Shown: positions 25,129 through 39,164 of the stretch, piece after piece
Numbering within the stretch: position 1 is the stretch's first letter
Layout of the letters: each line of letters opens with the position of its first letter
Assembly (NCBI RefSeq): GCF_009914755.1
Contig: NC_060929.1
Reading direction: 5' to 3' (one strand)
Length of the DNA stretch: 64,000 nt
DNA from: the human T2T-CHM13v2.0 reference genome, Homo sapiens
Program-made: the position numbers and the translations under genes
Notes under the pieces: model-generated
Told to the model about the DNA's origin: nothing
The model's input: the letters and a program-made list of their open reading frames with translations, nothing else
Databases searched by the model: none

Positions 25129-26160
25129 ATGAGAAAGAATCAGCACAAGAATGCTGAAAACTCAAAGCCAGAGTGCCCTCTTTCCTTCAAATGACCACAT
25201 CACCTCTCCTGCAAGGGTTCAGAACTGGGCTGAGATTGAGATGGTTGAAATGACAGAAGCAGAATTCATGTCACTGAGTCATTGAGCTAAAGGGGTACAT
25301 TGAAACCCAATGCAAAGAAACTAAATATCACGATAAAACATTGAAGGAGCTGACAGACAAAATAGCCAGTACATAGAAGAATAAAGTCAAACTGATAGAG
25401 CTGAAAAACACACTATGAGAGTTTTATATTGCAATTACAAGTATTAATAGCAGAATAGATCAAGCAGAGTAAAGATTCTCAGAGCTTGAAGACTACCTTT
25501 CTGAAATAAGACAGGCATACAATAATAGAGAAAAAATATTGAAAATGAATGAACAAAACCTCTGAGAAATATGGGATTATGTAAAGAAACTGAATCTATG
25601 AATGATTGATGTACCTGAAAGAGATGGGAGAATGGAACAAATCTGGAAAACACATTTCAAGATATCATTTATGAGAACTTCCTCAGCCTAGCTAGAAAGG
25701 CCAACATTCAAATTCAGGAAATGCAGAGAATCCCAGTGGATATTTCACAAGAAGGTCATGCCCAAGACACATAATCATCAGATTCTCCAAGGTTGAAATG
25801 AAAGAAGAAATGTTAAAGGCAGCTAGAGAGAAAGGTCAGGTCACCCACAAAGAGAAACCCATCAGACTAACAGTGGACCTCTGAGCAGAAACCCTATAAG
25901 CCAGAAGAGATTGTGGACCAATATTCAACATTCTTAAAGAAAACAAATTCCAACCCCTAATTTCATATCTGACCAAGTTAAGCTTCATAAGCAAAGAAGA
26001 AGTAAGATCATTTGCAGAGAAGCAAATGCTGAGGGAATTTGTTACCACCAGACCTGCCTTACAAGAGCTCCAGAAGGAAGCACTAAATGTGAAAAGGAAG
26101 ACCGTTACCAACCACTACAAAAACACACTGAAGCACACAGACCAGTGACACTATAAACCA
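25129..26160 (+). pseudogene. LINE-1 ORF1 (disrupted)
   Basis: Starts 'atgagaaagaatcagcacaagaatgctgaaaactc'. Recognisable 'gagaaatatgggattatgtaaag', 'cccaagacacataatcatcagattctccaagg', 'agggaatttgttaccaccagacctgcc'. Multiple stops and frameshifts. Confidence 0.85.
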
Positions 26161-26201
26161 ATCACACAAACAAGTCTGCAAAATAACCAGCTCACATCAT
26201 A

Positions 26202-29200
26202 ATGATAGGATCATATCCACACATATCAATACTAGCCCTAAACGTAAATGGGCTAAATGTCCCAATTAAAAGACACAGAGTGACAAGCTGGATAAAGAAC
26301 CAAGACACACTGGTATGTGTCTTCAAGAGACCCATCTCACATGCAGTGACACACATAGGCTCAAAATAAAGAAATGGAGGAAAATCTAATGAGCAGATGG
26401 AAAACAGAAAAAAACAAGGGTTGCATTCCTAGTTTCTGGAAATAAAACAAAACAGACTTTAAACCAACAAAGATAAAAAAAAAAAGACAAAGAAGGGAAT
26501 TACATAATGGTAAAGTGTTCAACAAGAAGATCTCATTATCCTAAATATATATGTACCCAACACAGGAGCACTCATATTCATAAAGCAACTTCTTAGAGAC
26601 TTGAAAGAGACTTAGACTCCCACACAATAATAGTGGGAGACTTTAATACCACACCGACAATATTAGACTGACCATTGAGATAGAAAATTAGCAAGGATAT
26701 TTAGGACCTGAACTCAGCACTGGATCAAATGGACCTGATAGACATCTACAGAACTCTCCACCCCAAAACAACAGAATATACATTCTTCTTATAGCCACAT
26801 GGAATTTACTCTAAAATCAACCATATAATCAGATGTAAAACACTTCTCAGCAAATGCGAAAGAATTGAAATAATAACAAACAGTCTCTCGGAACACAGAG
26901 CAATCAAATTAGAACTCAAGACTAAGAAATTCACTCAAAATGATACAATTACATGGAAATTGAAAAACCTGCTCCTGAATGCCTTTTGGGTATATAATGA
27001 AATTAAGGCAGAAATCAAGAAGTTCTTTGAAACTAATAAAAAGAAAGATATAATATACCAAAATTTCTGGGACACAGCTAAGGCAGTGATAAGAAGGAAA
27101 TGTACAGCACTAAATGCCCAAATAAAAAATTAGAAAGATCTCAAGCTAACAACCTAACATCATAACTAAAAGAACTAGAGAACCAAAAGCAAACAAATTC
27201 AAAGCTAGCAGAAGACAAGAAATAACCAAAGTCAGAGCTGAACTGAAGGATATAGAGACACGAGAAACCATTCAAAAGATCAACGAATCCAGGAGCTGGT
27301 TTTTTGAAAAAAATTAATAAAATAGATGGAACAGAAGCTAGAGTAATAAAGAAGAAAAGAGAATATTCAAATATACACAATCAGAAATGATAAGGAGGAT
27401 ATTTCCTGTGACCCCACAGAAATACAAATAACCACCAGAGAATATTATGAGCAACTCTATGCCCATAAGCTAGAAAATCTAGAAGAAATAGATAAATTCC
27501 TAGACACATACACCCTCCCAAGACTAAACCAGGAAGAAACTGAATCCCTTAATAGACCAATACAAAGTTCTGAAATTGAGGCTATAATAAATAACCTACT
27601 GACCAAAAAAAAAAAAAAAAAAAAAAAAAGCCGAGGACCAGACAGATTCACAGCTGAATTCTACCAGATGTACAAAGAATAGCTGGTACTATTCCTACTG
27701 AAACTACTCTAAAAAAATTGAAAAGGAGGGACTCCTCTCTAACTCATTTTATGAGGCCAGCATCATCCTGATACCAAAACCCGGCAGAGATACAAACAAA
27801 AAAGAAAACTTTAGGCCAATGTCCTTGATGAACATCCATGCAAAAGTGCTTAACAAAATACTGACAAACCAAATTCATAAGCACATCAAAAAGCTAATGC
27901 ACCATGATCAAGTAGGCTTCATCCCTGGGATGTAAGGTTGGTTCAACATACACAAATCAATAAATGTGATTCATATATAAAGAGACTAAAGACAAAAACC
28001 ACATATTATGTCAATAGACACAGAGAAGGCTTTCAATAAAATTCAACATTACTTCATATTAAAAAAAAACTCTCAATAAACTAGGTATTGAAGGAACATA
28101 CCTCAAAATAGTAAGAGCCACCTATGGCAAACCCACAGCCAACATCATACTGAATAGGCAAAAGCTGGAAGTATTTCCCCTGAAAACCAGTACAAGACAA
28201 GGATGCCCTCTCTCATCCCCTTTTTTCAACATAATACTGGAAGTCCTAGCCAGGGCAATCTGGCAAGATAAAGAAATAAAGGCCATTCACATAGAAAGAG
28301 AGAAAATCAAACTATACCTGTTTGCAGATGATATAATCCTATATCTAGAAAACCCCATCATCTCAGCCCAAAAGCTTCTTAAGTTGATAAACAACTTCGG
28401 CGAAGTCTCAGCATACAAAATCAATGTGCAAAAATCACTAACATTTCTATACACCAACAACAGTCTAGCCGAAAGCCAAGTCATGAACGAACTCCCATTT
28501 ATAATTGCCACAGAAAGAATAAAATACCTAGGATTACAGCCAACTGGGGAGGTAAAAGATCTCTACAAAGAGAACTACAAACAACTACCTAAAAATTCAG
28601 AGATAACAGAAACTAACGGAAAGACATGTCATGCTGATGGATAGGAAGAATCAATATTGGTAAAATGACCGTACTGCCCAAAGCAATTTATAGCTTCAAT
28701 GCTATTCCCATTACACTACCATTGACATTATTTACAGAACTGAAAAAAAATATTTTAAAATTCATGTGGAACCCAAATAAAGCCCAAATAACCAAGGTAA
28801 TCCTAAGCAAAATGAATACAGCTGTAGGCATCACACTACCTGACTTCAAACTATACTACAGAGCTACAGTTACCAAAACAGCATGGTACTGGTACTAGAA
28901 CAGACACACAGACCAGTGCAACAGAATAGAGAACCCAGAAACAAAACAACACACCTACAATTACCTGATCATTGACAAAGCTGACAAAAACAAGCAATGG
29001 GGAAAGGATTCCCTATTCAACAAATGTGGCTGTGAGAACTGGCTAATTATAGGCAGAAGATTGAAACCGGATCCCTTCCTACACCTTATAAAGAAATTAA
29101 CTGAAGATGGATTAAAGACTTACATGTAAAACCAAAAACTATAAAAATCCTAGAAGACAACCTAGCCAATGCCATTCAAGACATAGGCAGGGGCCGAAGA

Positions 29201-30048
29201 TTTCATGAAAAGACACCAAAAGCAATTGCAACAAAAACAAAAATTGACAAATAGAATCTAATTACACTAAAGAGCTTCTACAAAGCAAAAGAAACTGTCA
29301 ATAAAGTAAACAGACAACCTACAGAATGGAAGAACATTTTTTGCAAACTATGCATCTGACAAACGTCTAATATCCAGCATGTATAAGGAACTTAAACAAA
29401 TTTTCAAGAAAAAAAGCAAATACTCTAATTACAAAGTGAGCAAAGGACATAATAGACACTTTTCAAAAGAAGACATATATGCAGCCAACAATCATGAAAA
29501 AAAGCTCAACATCACTGATCATTAGAAAAACGCAAATCAAAACTACAATGAGATGCCATCTCACATCAGTCAGAATGGCTACTATTAAAAAGTCAAAAAA
29601 CAACAGATGCTGGTGAGGTTGTGGAGAAAAAGGAATACTTACATACTGTTGGTGGGAGTGCAAATTAGTTGAACCATTGTGGAAGACAGTGTGGCGATTC
29701 CTCAAAGTCCTAAAGACAGAAATACCATTTGACCCAGCAATCCCATTGCTGCATATATACCCAAAGGAATATAATTTATTCTATTATAAAGAGACATGTA
29801 GGCTTATGTTCATTGCAGCACTATTCACAATAGCAAGGACATAGAATCAACTTAAATGTCCATCAACAGTAGACTGGATAAAGAAAATGTGGTACATATA
29901 CACCATTGAATATTATTTAGCCATAAAAAAGAATGAGATCATGCCCTTTACAGGGCCATGGATGGAGCTGGAGGCCATTATCCTTAGCAAAGTAATGTGG
30001 AAACAGAAAACCAAATACTTCTTGCTGTCACTTATAAGTGGGAGCGAA
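26202..30048 (+). pseudogene. LINE-1 ORF2 endonuclease/reverse transcriptase (disrupted)
   Basis: Starts 'atgataggatcatatccacacatatcaatactagccctaaacgtaaatgggctaaat' (LNVNGLN). RT FADD motif 'tttgcagatgat' at 28321. C-terminal 'cttataagtgggagc'. Fragmented. Confidence 0.9.
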
Positions 30049-30520
30049 ATCATGAGAACACATGGACACATAGAAGAGAACAACACACACTGGGGCCTTT
30101 TGAAGGATAAAGAGTGGGAGGAGGGAGAGGATCAGGTATAACAATTAATGGGTACTAGGCTTTATATCTGGGTGATGAAGTAATCTGTACAACAAACTCC
30201 ATGACACACGTTTACCTAAGTAACAAATTTGCACTTTTACCGCTGAACTTAAAATAAAAATTAACAAAAATGACACATCCATATAACCAAAAACCACGTG
30301 TACCCCAAAAAATATTGAAATAAAAATTAAAAAAGAGAAAACCAGTCATAGCTCAGTGATCTGTGATTTCATACATTTCAACAACCAGGGAAACAGAGCT
30401 CAGGATTAGTAGATGCTGCCAAAACTCTCTAATAAATTTATAAAGAGGTATATATTAAAGGAAATAATAGGAGCCTTCCTACACCCAAACTATACTGGTA
30501 AGAAATAAGATCAGGAAATC

Positions 30521-30575
30521 TGTGTGTATGTGTGTGTGTGTGTGTATTTGTGTGTGTGTGCACTCATTTGTGTGT
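30521..30575. repeat. Imperfect (TG)n microsatellite
   Basis: Direct reading. Confidence 0.9.
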
Positions 30576-33500
30576 GGTGTATAAATTGTAATGAAATTTA
30601 AAGAGTATGCCAATATATGGGGTCACAGAAAATTTGAAGTTTAAATAGTGAATGACACAAATGAGAACACTAGGTATTACTTTTACATACAAAGTAAATA
30701 TTCATCTCAGCCTTTTGAGTAAGCTACCTCCTATATATGCTTAAATCCCATTAAGACCATGATTATGTATACCATTAAATATGAGCACAACTATAATTGT
30801 TATAGTATTGATATAAATATACCAATTTAAAAAAAATTTATATCAATACAGGAAACATCTCTCTTTATTGTCATTCTTGAAGTTTATTGTTTGTTTAATA
30901 CAATAATGTACAAAGCTTCATGAGTATTTACTTAAAAATACATAAAATTTGTGTTAGCAGGAATTTTTTTGGGTTGTTCACAGTATTCCCAGTGCCTAGA
31001 CTAGTTTAGGCATGTAGTATAATGGAATTTTAAAAAATTGAATAGATAACTATGTATGTATTGGTGTGAATATATTTGTATGTGATACAAAGAGAGAAGT
31101 GTCTGAGCATTCAGGTAGAGAAATATGCTAATCTCTGTGATTACATATTTGTTGTATTTCTTGAGTAAAAAAATTGAAATTATGGAATAAAAATATTCCA
31201 GTTCCTATATGCCTATTTCTTTATAAAGATTCAAATTGTTCAAGATTGGCAGAATAATAATATTAAATATAAAATGTTTATTGTTTTATTTGTCAATATA
31301 AATTTTAGATTATGAAATAAAAGTACCAAGTTCTTACAGAAGGCACTTTTTAACCAGTCTCTGCATGGTAGGAATTGGGTGTTCTGTGTTAGAGCTCAGA
31401 AAGTAACGCACTTTTTTATTTCCCCAGACAAAACAATCAGTTGCCCAATCTTGAAATCATTTTCATCTTCACACCAGTGGGGATTTGAATATGAGATAAT
31501 AATTATCTTCTAGTGAGTACTTGAGCTCTTTCAGTGAGAGATGCTAATTGCTACAAAATGACATTTTTATCTAGCACTCTTGGAAATTTTTGTTGTACTG
31601 AATTCAAATCCCCACCACTTGATTGACATCTGTCAGAAATTTAGCCTTGAGGAATCTACAGTTAAAGTTTGCAGTATTTTTTATATCGATCACCTGTATA
31701 GAAACCTTGAAATATTTGGGGGAAAAAAACAGCATTGATTTTCATTACTCTGCCAATGTGCTTCTAGCTAAGGAGGAGGAGTGAAAAGAGAAAGACAAGA
31801 GAAAGGAAAAATCCAGAAGACTAGATTTAAGTCCCTCGAAGTAGAAATGAGAACCTGGTTTCTTGTTTCTGTCTTTTATGCCACTTACACGTCTATACTA
31901 ACATGAGTGCCCCTCCTCCATCTTTGTCCTGGCTCTGGGGAAATTAAGTTTGCTCTGTCCTCTTAAGGCACAGGGAGGCTCCCCTTCCATAGTCTTGCTA
32001 CCTTCCTCAGTGTCTAGGGCCCCACCCTCCATTTAAGAGGATTATGAGTATCCTGGGCCATTGAAAAGTAGTCCAGAATAATTTGGATGGGGCCGAGATA
32101 AGCTTTGGGCAGACACAGGAGACACTCCTGATGGAGAGGCGGCAAAGTGAGAAGTTCTCACCACAGGCCACCTGAAACAAGCCTGAAATGGCTCTTTGCC
32201 TCTATCAGTGCATAGTCAGTGGTAACTGATGCTGTGGATTCTATTTCAGATCCTGGGACTCTGGCAAAGGCACTGGATAGAGTAGACCAGATTGGAGGCG
32301 GCACCTTGTTTATTTATTTTTTTCTTACCAACCTCTGGCTTCCATCACCTGCACCTTTTTTCTCTTTCTTTTAAGCTGTGAAATGCTCATCTTTTTAGAG
32401 AATAGAAGACCTAGACCTCTTCTATGCTTCCCAAGTTATGTTTATAGCATTCACTTTGTGCTACTATTTTCTTTCTAATATTAAGTGTTGTTATATGTGG
32501 AAAAAAGAGGACGGGGATACCTCTGCGCTAAACAGGATAGGAAATAGGCTACTTTAAAGAAATTTTGCAATCTCAATTAGAAACATTGAAATGCCATTTG
32601 AATACAAAATAATATACACATATTTTGGTAAAGCCTATCTTTTAAAATATATTATTTAAACAAAAAATAAGATGGTATAATTATGTAGTCCAATATTGTA
32701 CAGACTTTTAGTTTATAATAAAATTGACATTAAAGATTATCATTACTAATTAATTAAAAATTCCGTAATTTTTTACTTGTTATTAGGTATTATTTATCTT
32801 ATATAAAAGAATAGTTATTTTAGATCGCTATTATATGATTAATTGCATTAAACAAATGTATATGTTCAATTTACCTTAAAAAATGAACTGTGTGAAATAT
32901 TCCAACATCATTCTTGAAAATTAAGAATGGAAACTACAAAACTATTTAGTAAATACAAAGACCAAACACATCTTTGAATTAAGGAATGTCTAGATAAAAA
33001 AGAATGTCAGATGAATAAAAAGGGAGGAAGGAAAATAGGAAATGGGTGGATAAAAAAGCATGTAAAATGGATGGAAGATTCTGAGATCAGTTGGAAGCAG
33101 AGAAACAGAAACACACATACTTAACCATTATATAGAAGGAAGGATATGGAAGACAGTGAATGATCCACACATAGACAGTGGGTTTAGCTCAGTGCCTGAT
33201 GTACATTAGAAACTCAGCACATGCTTATTGAATGAGAGAATGAAAGAAATACAGACAGAGAAAAATAACGTCATAAAATAAAAGGATCAATACTGTGACC
33301 TTTTATAATATTGTAACTGAAGACTTAAATCCTGATGTGATTTTGCAGATACTCTGTAGGCATAAATGCCTTTCAGTGTTTGAAATACAGTCTGGTTTAT
33401 ATAAAAGATTGGGCTTGTTTAATTCTAGTCGTGTTGACAATTTCTGCTGTTAGAACAATATGTGTGTAATTTAAGACAGAAGATAATTCAGAACTTTTTA

Positions 33501-33862
33501 AAGAGTATAGCACAAAACAGTGTCTATAGTTAGACACGCTCAGGAATCCCATTATGTCAATGCATTGTTCTCTACTAATCATGATTTTATTATTTTCACA
33601 GGAATACATTAAAATTACTATTATTTCTCCCTGGAATATAAAATTATTGGTAAGGCCAACCTTGTCCAAAAAGTTATCATAAGAGTAAATGCCCAAACAG
33701 TGAGATGTGGTAATATAAATAATGTTATGCCAACTTAGTTGAATTGTAAAGACTATGTAATCAATTACAAACACTCTTACAAAGAATGATGTTACAACTA
33801 TGTATGAGAATGAATACAAATGCACAGGATTGGGAGAAAAATTAGAAAAATTAAGTATGTGG

Positions 33863-34177
<315 letters not shown>

Positions 34178-34387
34178 TTAAGTATGTAATTTATTTAAAT
34201 GTAATATTTGAATTTTCATATTTTTATTTTGGACTGACATGTTTGTTATATAAAAAGTAAAAGATTTTCCAAGATCATTCACAAAATTTATTTTCCATGC
34301 ATAAATTTCCCAGAGTTGACATTTGCTATATGGTGCATTCCTTTGAAAAACCCTGAAGTAAAATTATATATAAAATTAAATCTTTTT

Positions 34388-34788
<401 letters not shown>

Positions 34789-36322
34789 CTAACATTTACC
34801 TGCAAGTGCATTTTCCAAGGTCTATTTTCTCTGCTGAATTTATGGAGAGCCAAGGTCAGGAGTTTTCACACCCTATTCTTCCTTGGGTCATATTTTTGTT
34901 GTTTAAGGTTGTTATGTGATGGAGGAGATGGATGATAGGTGCTTCAGAGGTGAAAAGGAAAATTAATTTAAAACATCTCATCAATATCTCTTACATAAAT
35001 TGTAAAGCTGTGTATTTTGTACTTCAATTATTGGTAACTAGCTAATCTAACCTTTCTGATTAGTTAAGGGCAGTGAGCTGGAGGCATTTTTTTTTTTAAA
35101 TCAATGTTTTTTTTTTTCTCCTGAAATACGATTGAATTAAATAGTGCTTACAATTATCCAGGTATGGAATTAACGTTACTTAAACATAAAACAGAATATC
35201 TTTATACAATCACCAAAAGGGTGATAGTGATGGTGTCAGTGATATTAACAGACAGAATAGACGCTAGGTCCAAATAGAGCCTTGGAAATATATTTTAAAA
35301 TTATTAACTTCTCCAAAATGAAGTCCTTGACTTCAGTAAGTGTTAACAACTTCACCTTCGTTTATCAGTGCCATCACCTTTCGTCTCTAGTTTTCTGCCT
35401 TTTAGATACCTACTAGTGTCTAAATTTTTTTATTTTATGTAATTTATTATTTTTGTTTATCTTTTAGATATCTTTTAGATATCTTTTATCTATCTTTTAA
35501 TAGTTCCAGAGATCACTGGATTCAACGAGAAATTGATTGCATCAGAGTCCCCTCACAAACATATCTTTAAGATGAAGGAGAGGTGGGGAAAGTGCATTTG
35601 ATTTTGTCCTATTGTTTAATTTTATTTATCCCTCTGATGAATTTTCATTCAATTTGAAAAATATACTTAAAGAAAAATGTTATCTGATCTTAAATGTAAA
35701 ACAAGTTAGGGTGAGCCTGGTAAAATGGAAAGCTGTAGAAGACACAGAAAACCAAAAGGAAAATAAAAGTTAACATAAATTGAACTAAGACAATTATTAA
35801 CAAATAAAAATGTTTGATAATAGTTTTTCTGTTATTTTATACATAGTAGTCATGATGCAAAGATTATTTGGGTATAGTTAAGTAGTATCCAGCTCAGACC
35901 ACTCAATTTAATCTTGCTGATTATCAATCTGTATACTTTATAGACTGAGAATCTAGGTTACCCTTCATTTTCATCCATATTGTCTTAGGTGTTACATGAA
36001 CAAATATGGATATATTAGAGGAAAAAAATAAGTCGAGTCATATTAAATTCCTGAAGAATGTTAGTAATTCTACTCCAATGTCCACATATTTGAGTTGAAG
36101 TTTCACTTCCTTAATTAAAATATGAAAACATCATGAATTTTGGTAGAATTATCTTAGAATTCATATCCAAATCCTCCCTATCAAATATACAGTTATTTGG
36201 CTATGTGCTCCAGGTTAACAGACTTCAGTTGTCTGTCCACGATTATTCTTTGCCTTTTTCTGTTTTTTTTTTCTTTCTTTGTATTCTTATAATTAGTGGT
36301 CCTATTCAACAAAAATAAATGA

Positions 36323-36450
36323 TTTTTCTTTTTTTTCTTTTTTTTTTTTGAGACAGAGTCTTGCATTTGTTGCCCAGGCTGGAGTGCAATGGTGCGATCT
36401 TGGCTCACTGCAAACTGCCTCTTTCTGGGCTCAAGCAATTCTCCTGTCTT
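36323..36450 (-). mobile_element. 5'-truncated Alu (right-arm fragment, AluJ-like)
   Basis: polyT + 'gagacagagtcttg...gggctcaagcaattctcctg', then stops. Confidence 0.9.
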
Positions 36451-37004
36451 TCAGGAGATTTTTAAAAATGATCTGGAAAAGTTACTTTTAACCATACAGC
36501 GTTTAGAATTTTACATATCTCTCTTCCGTCTTTAAAATTGAGGTGTTTTTTTTTCTTTTTACTTGTCTGCCTTCTACTTGGCTACAGATATTTGAAAAGA
36601 TAAGAAACTTTACTTGGGGGATGACACTTCTAATTGGGCAGCAATAGAAGTAGGCACTCTGGATGATATTGAATCTAGCAAGTATTAAACAAAATATGAC
36701 GTTTTTCTTTGGAGAGTACAGCCTGACCTGTAATTTGTAATTGCAAGTCAGTTATTTAACAAGTAATAGTTAGAAGTTTTTGTTAACCTTGCGTCAGAAA
36801 CATACCAGTGAAAGCATTTTTTAAAAATATAAACCAAGTCTTTAAAAGAGTGCCCATTTCCTGAATGTTTTCTTTGAAAACTTAATGTTATGAGCTACTT
36901 CCATTAATCTTTTGTTTCTGGAAAATAATATGCATTTTATAAGGTATATATAAATGCTGCTCAGCATTTTTAGAACATTGTCATAGTAGGTTTGACATGG
37001 TTTT

Positions 37005-37152
37005 TTATTTCTTACTTGTGGAGATTTAAAATATCTATGCCTAAACTCAATCCTTAGAAAATCTTATTTAATAGCTCTGGGTTAGAGCCCAAAGAACTTG
37101 TATTGTTAAAAAGCTCCACAAGTAACTGTACCGTTGGGTTTGTGAAACACTG
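37005..37152. mobile_element. MER5-type hAT DNA transposon fragment
   Basis: Internal inverted repeats tacttgtggag / ctccacaagta; terminal 'gggtttgtgaaacactg'. Confidence 0.65.
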
Positions 37153-37347
37153 ATATACATAATGCCAGTAGCCCAAACATTTGGGGATCAGTTATTACTT
37201 TTATTTATTAAATAGATCATCATGTATTGCATGTGCATAGCTTTATATAACTTTTACACATATACATGTATGTGTAATTAAAATTGTACATTATATAACT
37301 TTAGGTGTATTTATCTTGCTGATTATTTTCTGACCACAGTGGGGGAT

Positions 37348-37725
37348 AATTCTAATGGCCACAGCAAATTATCACAAAATTGGTGACTTAACAAGAAATG
37401 TATTCTTTCACAGTTCTGTGAGAGAGGTGTCTTGGGTGTTATATGAGTAAATGTTTTGGAGGCCAGAAGTCCAAATTCAAGATGTCGTCAGGGCCACACT
37501 TTCTTCAAAGACTCTAAAAGGGAATCTTTCTTTGCGTCTGGTGGTGTTCCTTGGTTTGTGGCTGATAACTCCAATTTCTGCCTCAGTCTTTATATGGTAT
37601 TTTCCATATAAAGTCACTGTGTGACTCAGTGTCTCAAACTTCCTATTCCTTTCTGTTATAAAGACACCAGTCATTGGAATCAGGGCCTATCCTCAATTCA
37701 AAATAATTTTATCTTGAGATACTTT
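37348..37725 (-). mobile_element. MaLR LTR (MLT1B/C-like)
   Basis: 'ggaggccagaagtccaaattcaagatgtcgtcagggccacac', 'ataactccaatttctgcctc', 'aagacaccagtcattgga'. Confidence 0.85.
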
Positions 37726-38228
37726 ATTTTTCACCAGTCATTTGAGCAATCCAAGGCTTTTTCAATGATTAAGCAAAATCAATGACCCATTTGCATAAAA
37801 ATATCTGACTTATAGATCACTTATTTACATTTCATCCAGTTTCTACTGCACAACCTAGATAATTAGCAGTATTTTTAAAATCCCTGTTTCTGCATAGGAC
37901 CATGCAGAATGTGACACATAAAATTTGCCAGTGTATAGTTGCAGGATTGATATCAATTCATCAGATAATCTTTTTTCAAATTGCAGATACTGGGGAAACC
38001 AGATATTTATGAAAGAAGTAAACAATGGTCCTGTAAAAATATAGGTAAAAAATAGACAAACCACCAAGTCAATTTCATTTGTGAAGCTGTTATCTTATAC
38101 ATCATTAGTAGAGATGCTTGTCATTTCCTCCCTGCTACACCATTTTAGAGATGATACCTCATTATTGATGTGGATAATTCACTACCAGAGAGAAGCTGAG
38201 CATTTCTGGCTCAATCAGATTATATATC

Positions 38229-38574
38229 TGCTTCAGTTTGAGCTGCTGTAATGGAATAGCATAGACTGAGTGGCTTAAACAACAAGCATTCATTTCTTAT
38301 GGTTTTGGAGGCTAAAAGCCCAAGATAAGGTTGCCAGTATAGTTGGTTCCTTGGTGAAAGCCCTCCTTCTGGTTCTTGCTGTATCCTTACATGGAAAGAA
38401 ATAGCTCTAGTCCCTTAATCTCCTTATAAGGGCACTAATCTCAGTATGGGGTGCCACCCTCATGATGTCATCTAAGTCTAATTAACTCCCAAAGTCCCCG
38501 CCTCCTAATACCATCACACTGGGCATTAGGGCTTCAGTATATGGATTTCTAGGGGGACACAAAAGTCCATGGCA
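38229..38574 (-). mobile_element. MaLR LTR (MLT1A-like)
   Basis: 'catagactgagtggcttaaacaacaagcattcatttctta', 'ccttataagggcactaatc', 'cctcctaataccatcacactggg'. Confidence 0.9.
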
Positions 38575-38727
38575 GCCTCCAAGAAATTTGAAAGTAACCT
38601 CAAGGTACTGAATCAGTTCAGTGGGGTTACGTACTGAGACTGAGAGATCATAGTGAGGTCAGGCCAGATTAGATGACCTGGTAACACAGAGTCACTTGAA
38701 AAGTAATGGGGGAGCAAAAAATAAGTG

Positions 38728-39164
38728 CTTTATTCAATCCACTGTTGATGGGCACCTAGGTTGATTCTATATCTTTTCTATTGTGAATAAACATCATAGA
38801 ATATTATGCAGCCATGAAAAAGAACAAAATCGTGTCCTTTGCAGCAACATGGATGCAGCTGGAGGCCATTATTCTAGTGAATTAACACAGGAACAGAAAA
38901 CCAAATACCACTTGTTCTCACTTATAAGTGGGAGCTTAACACTGGATATTCATGGACATAAAGATGGTAAAAATAGAAACGGAGGACCACTGGAAGGGAA
39001 AGTAAGAGAGGGAAGCAAGAGTTGGTAAGCTAACTATTGGGTACTATGCTCAGTATCTGGGTTATGGGATCATTTGTACCCCAAACTTCAGCATTATGCA
39101 ATATGCCCAGGTAACAAACATGCCCATGTACCCACTGAACCTAAAATAAAAGTTGAAAAAAAAA
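38728..39164 (+). mobile_element. L1PA16/17-like 3' end with short 5' inversion
   Basis: 38728-38790 is antisense L1; 38791-39164 is the sense 3' end 'ctaactattgggtactatgctcag...accccaaacttcagcat...ctaaaataaaagttgaaaaa'. Confidence 0.9.

Larger units (their letters stand above)
23505..30270 (+). mobile_element. Full-length decayed LINE-1, L1PA13-like
   Basis: 5' end 'gggagtggccaagatggccaactagaagcagc', ~1.6-kb 5'UTR, ORF1, ORF2. 3'UTR 'aggagggagaggatcagg...aatgggtactaggct...aatctgtacaacaaac...ctgaacttaaaataaaa'. Confidence 0.93.
20607..30336 (+). mobile_element. 5'-truncated L1PB (ORF2 RT/C-terminal part + 3'UTR at 20607-23504; last ~60 bp and polyA at 30278-30336)
   Basis: ORF2 remnants ([24 protein letters not shown]). 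The L1PB 3'UTR 'gataaaagactacacattgggtacagtgtacac...cagaaatcacca' is completed by 'ccatataaccaaaaaccacgtgtaccccaaaaaatattgaaataaaaa'. TSD gaaagccagccata (20593-20606) / gaaaaccagtcata (30337-30350). Confidence 0.9.

Noticed and set aside
20994-30141. ORFs with endonuclease/reverse transcriptase similarity
   Set aside because: Short remnants of decayed L1 ORF1/ORF2 with many stops and frameshifts; neither host genes nor an active element.
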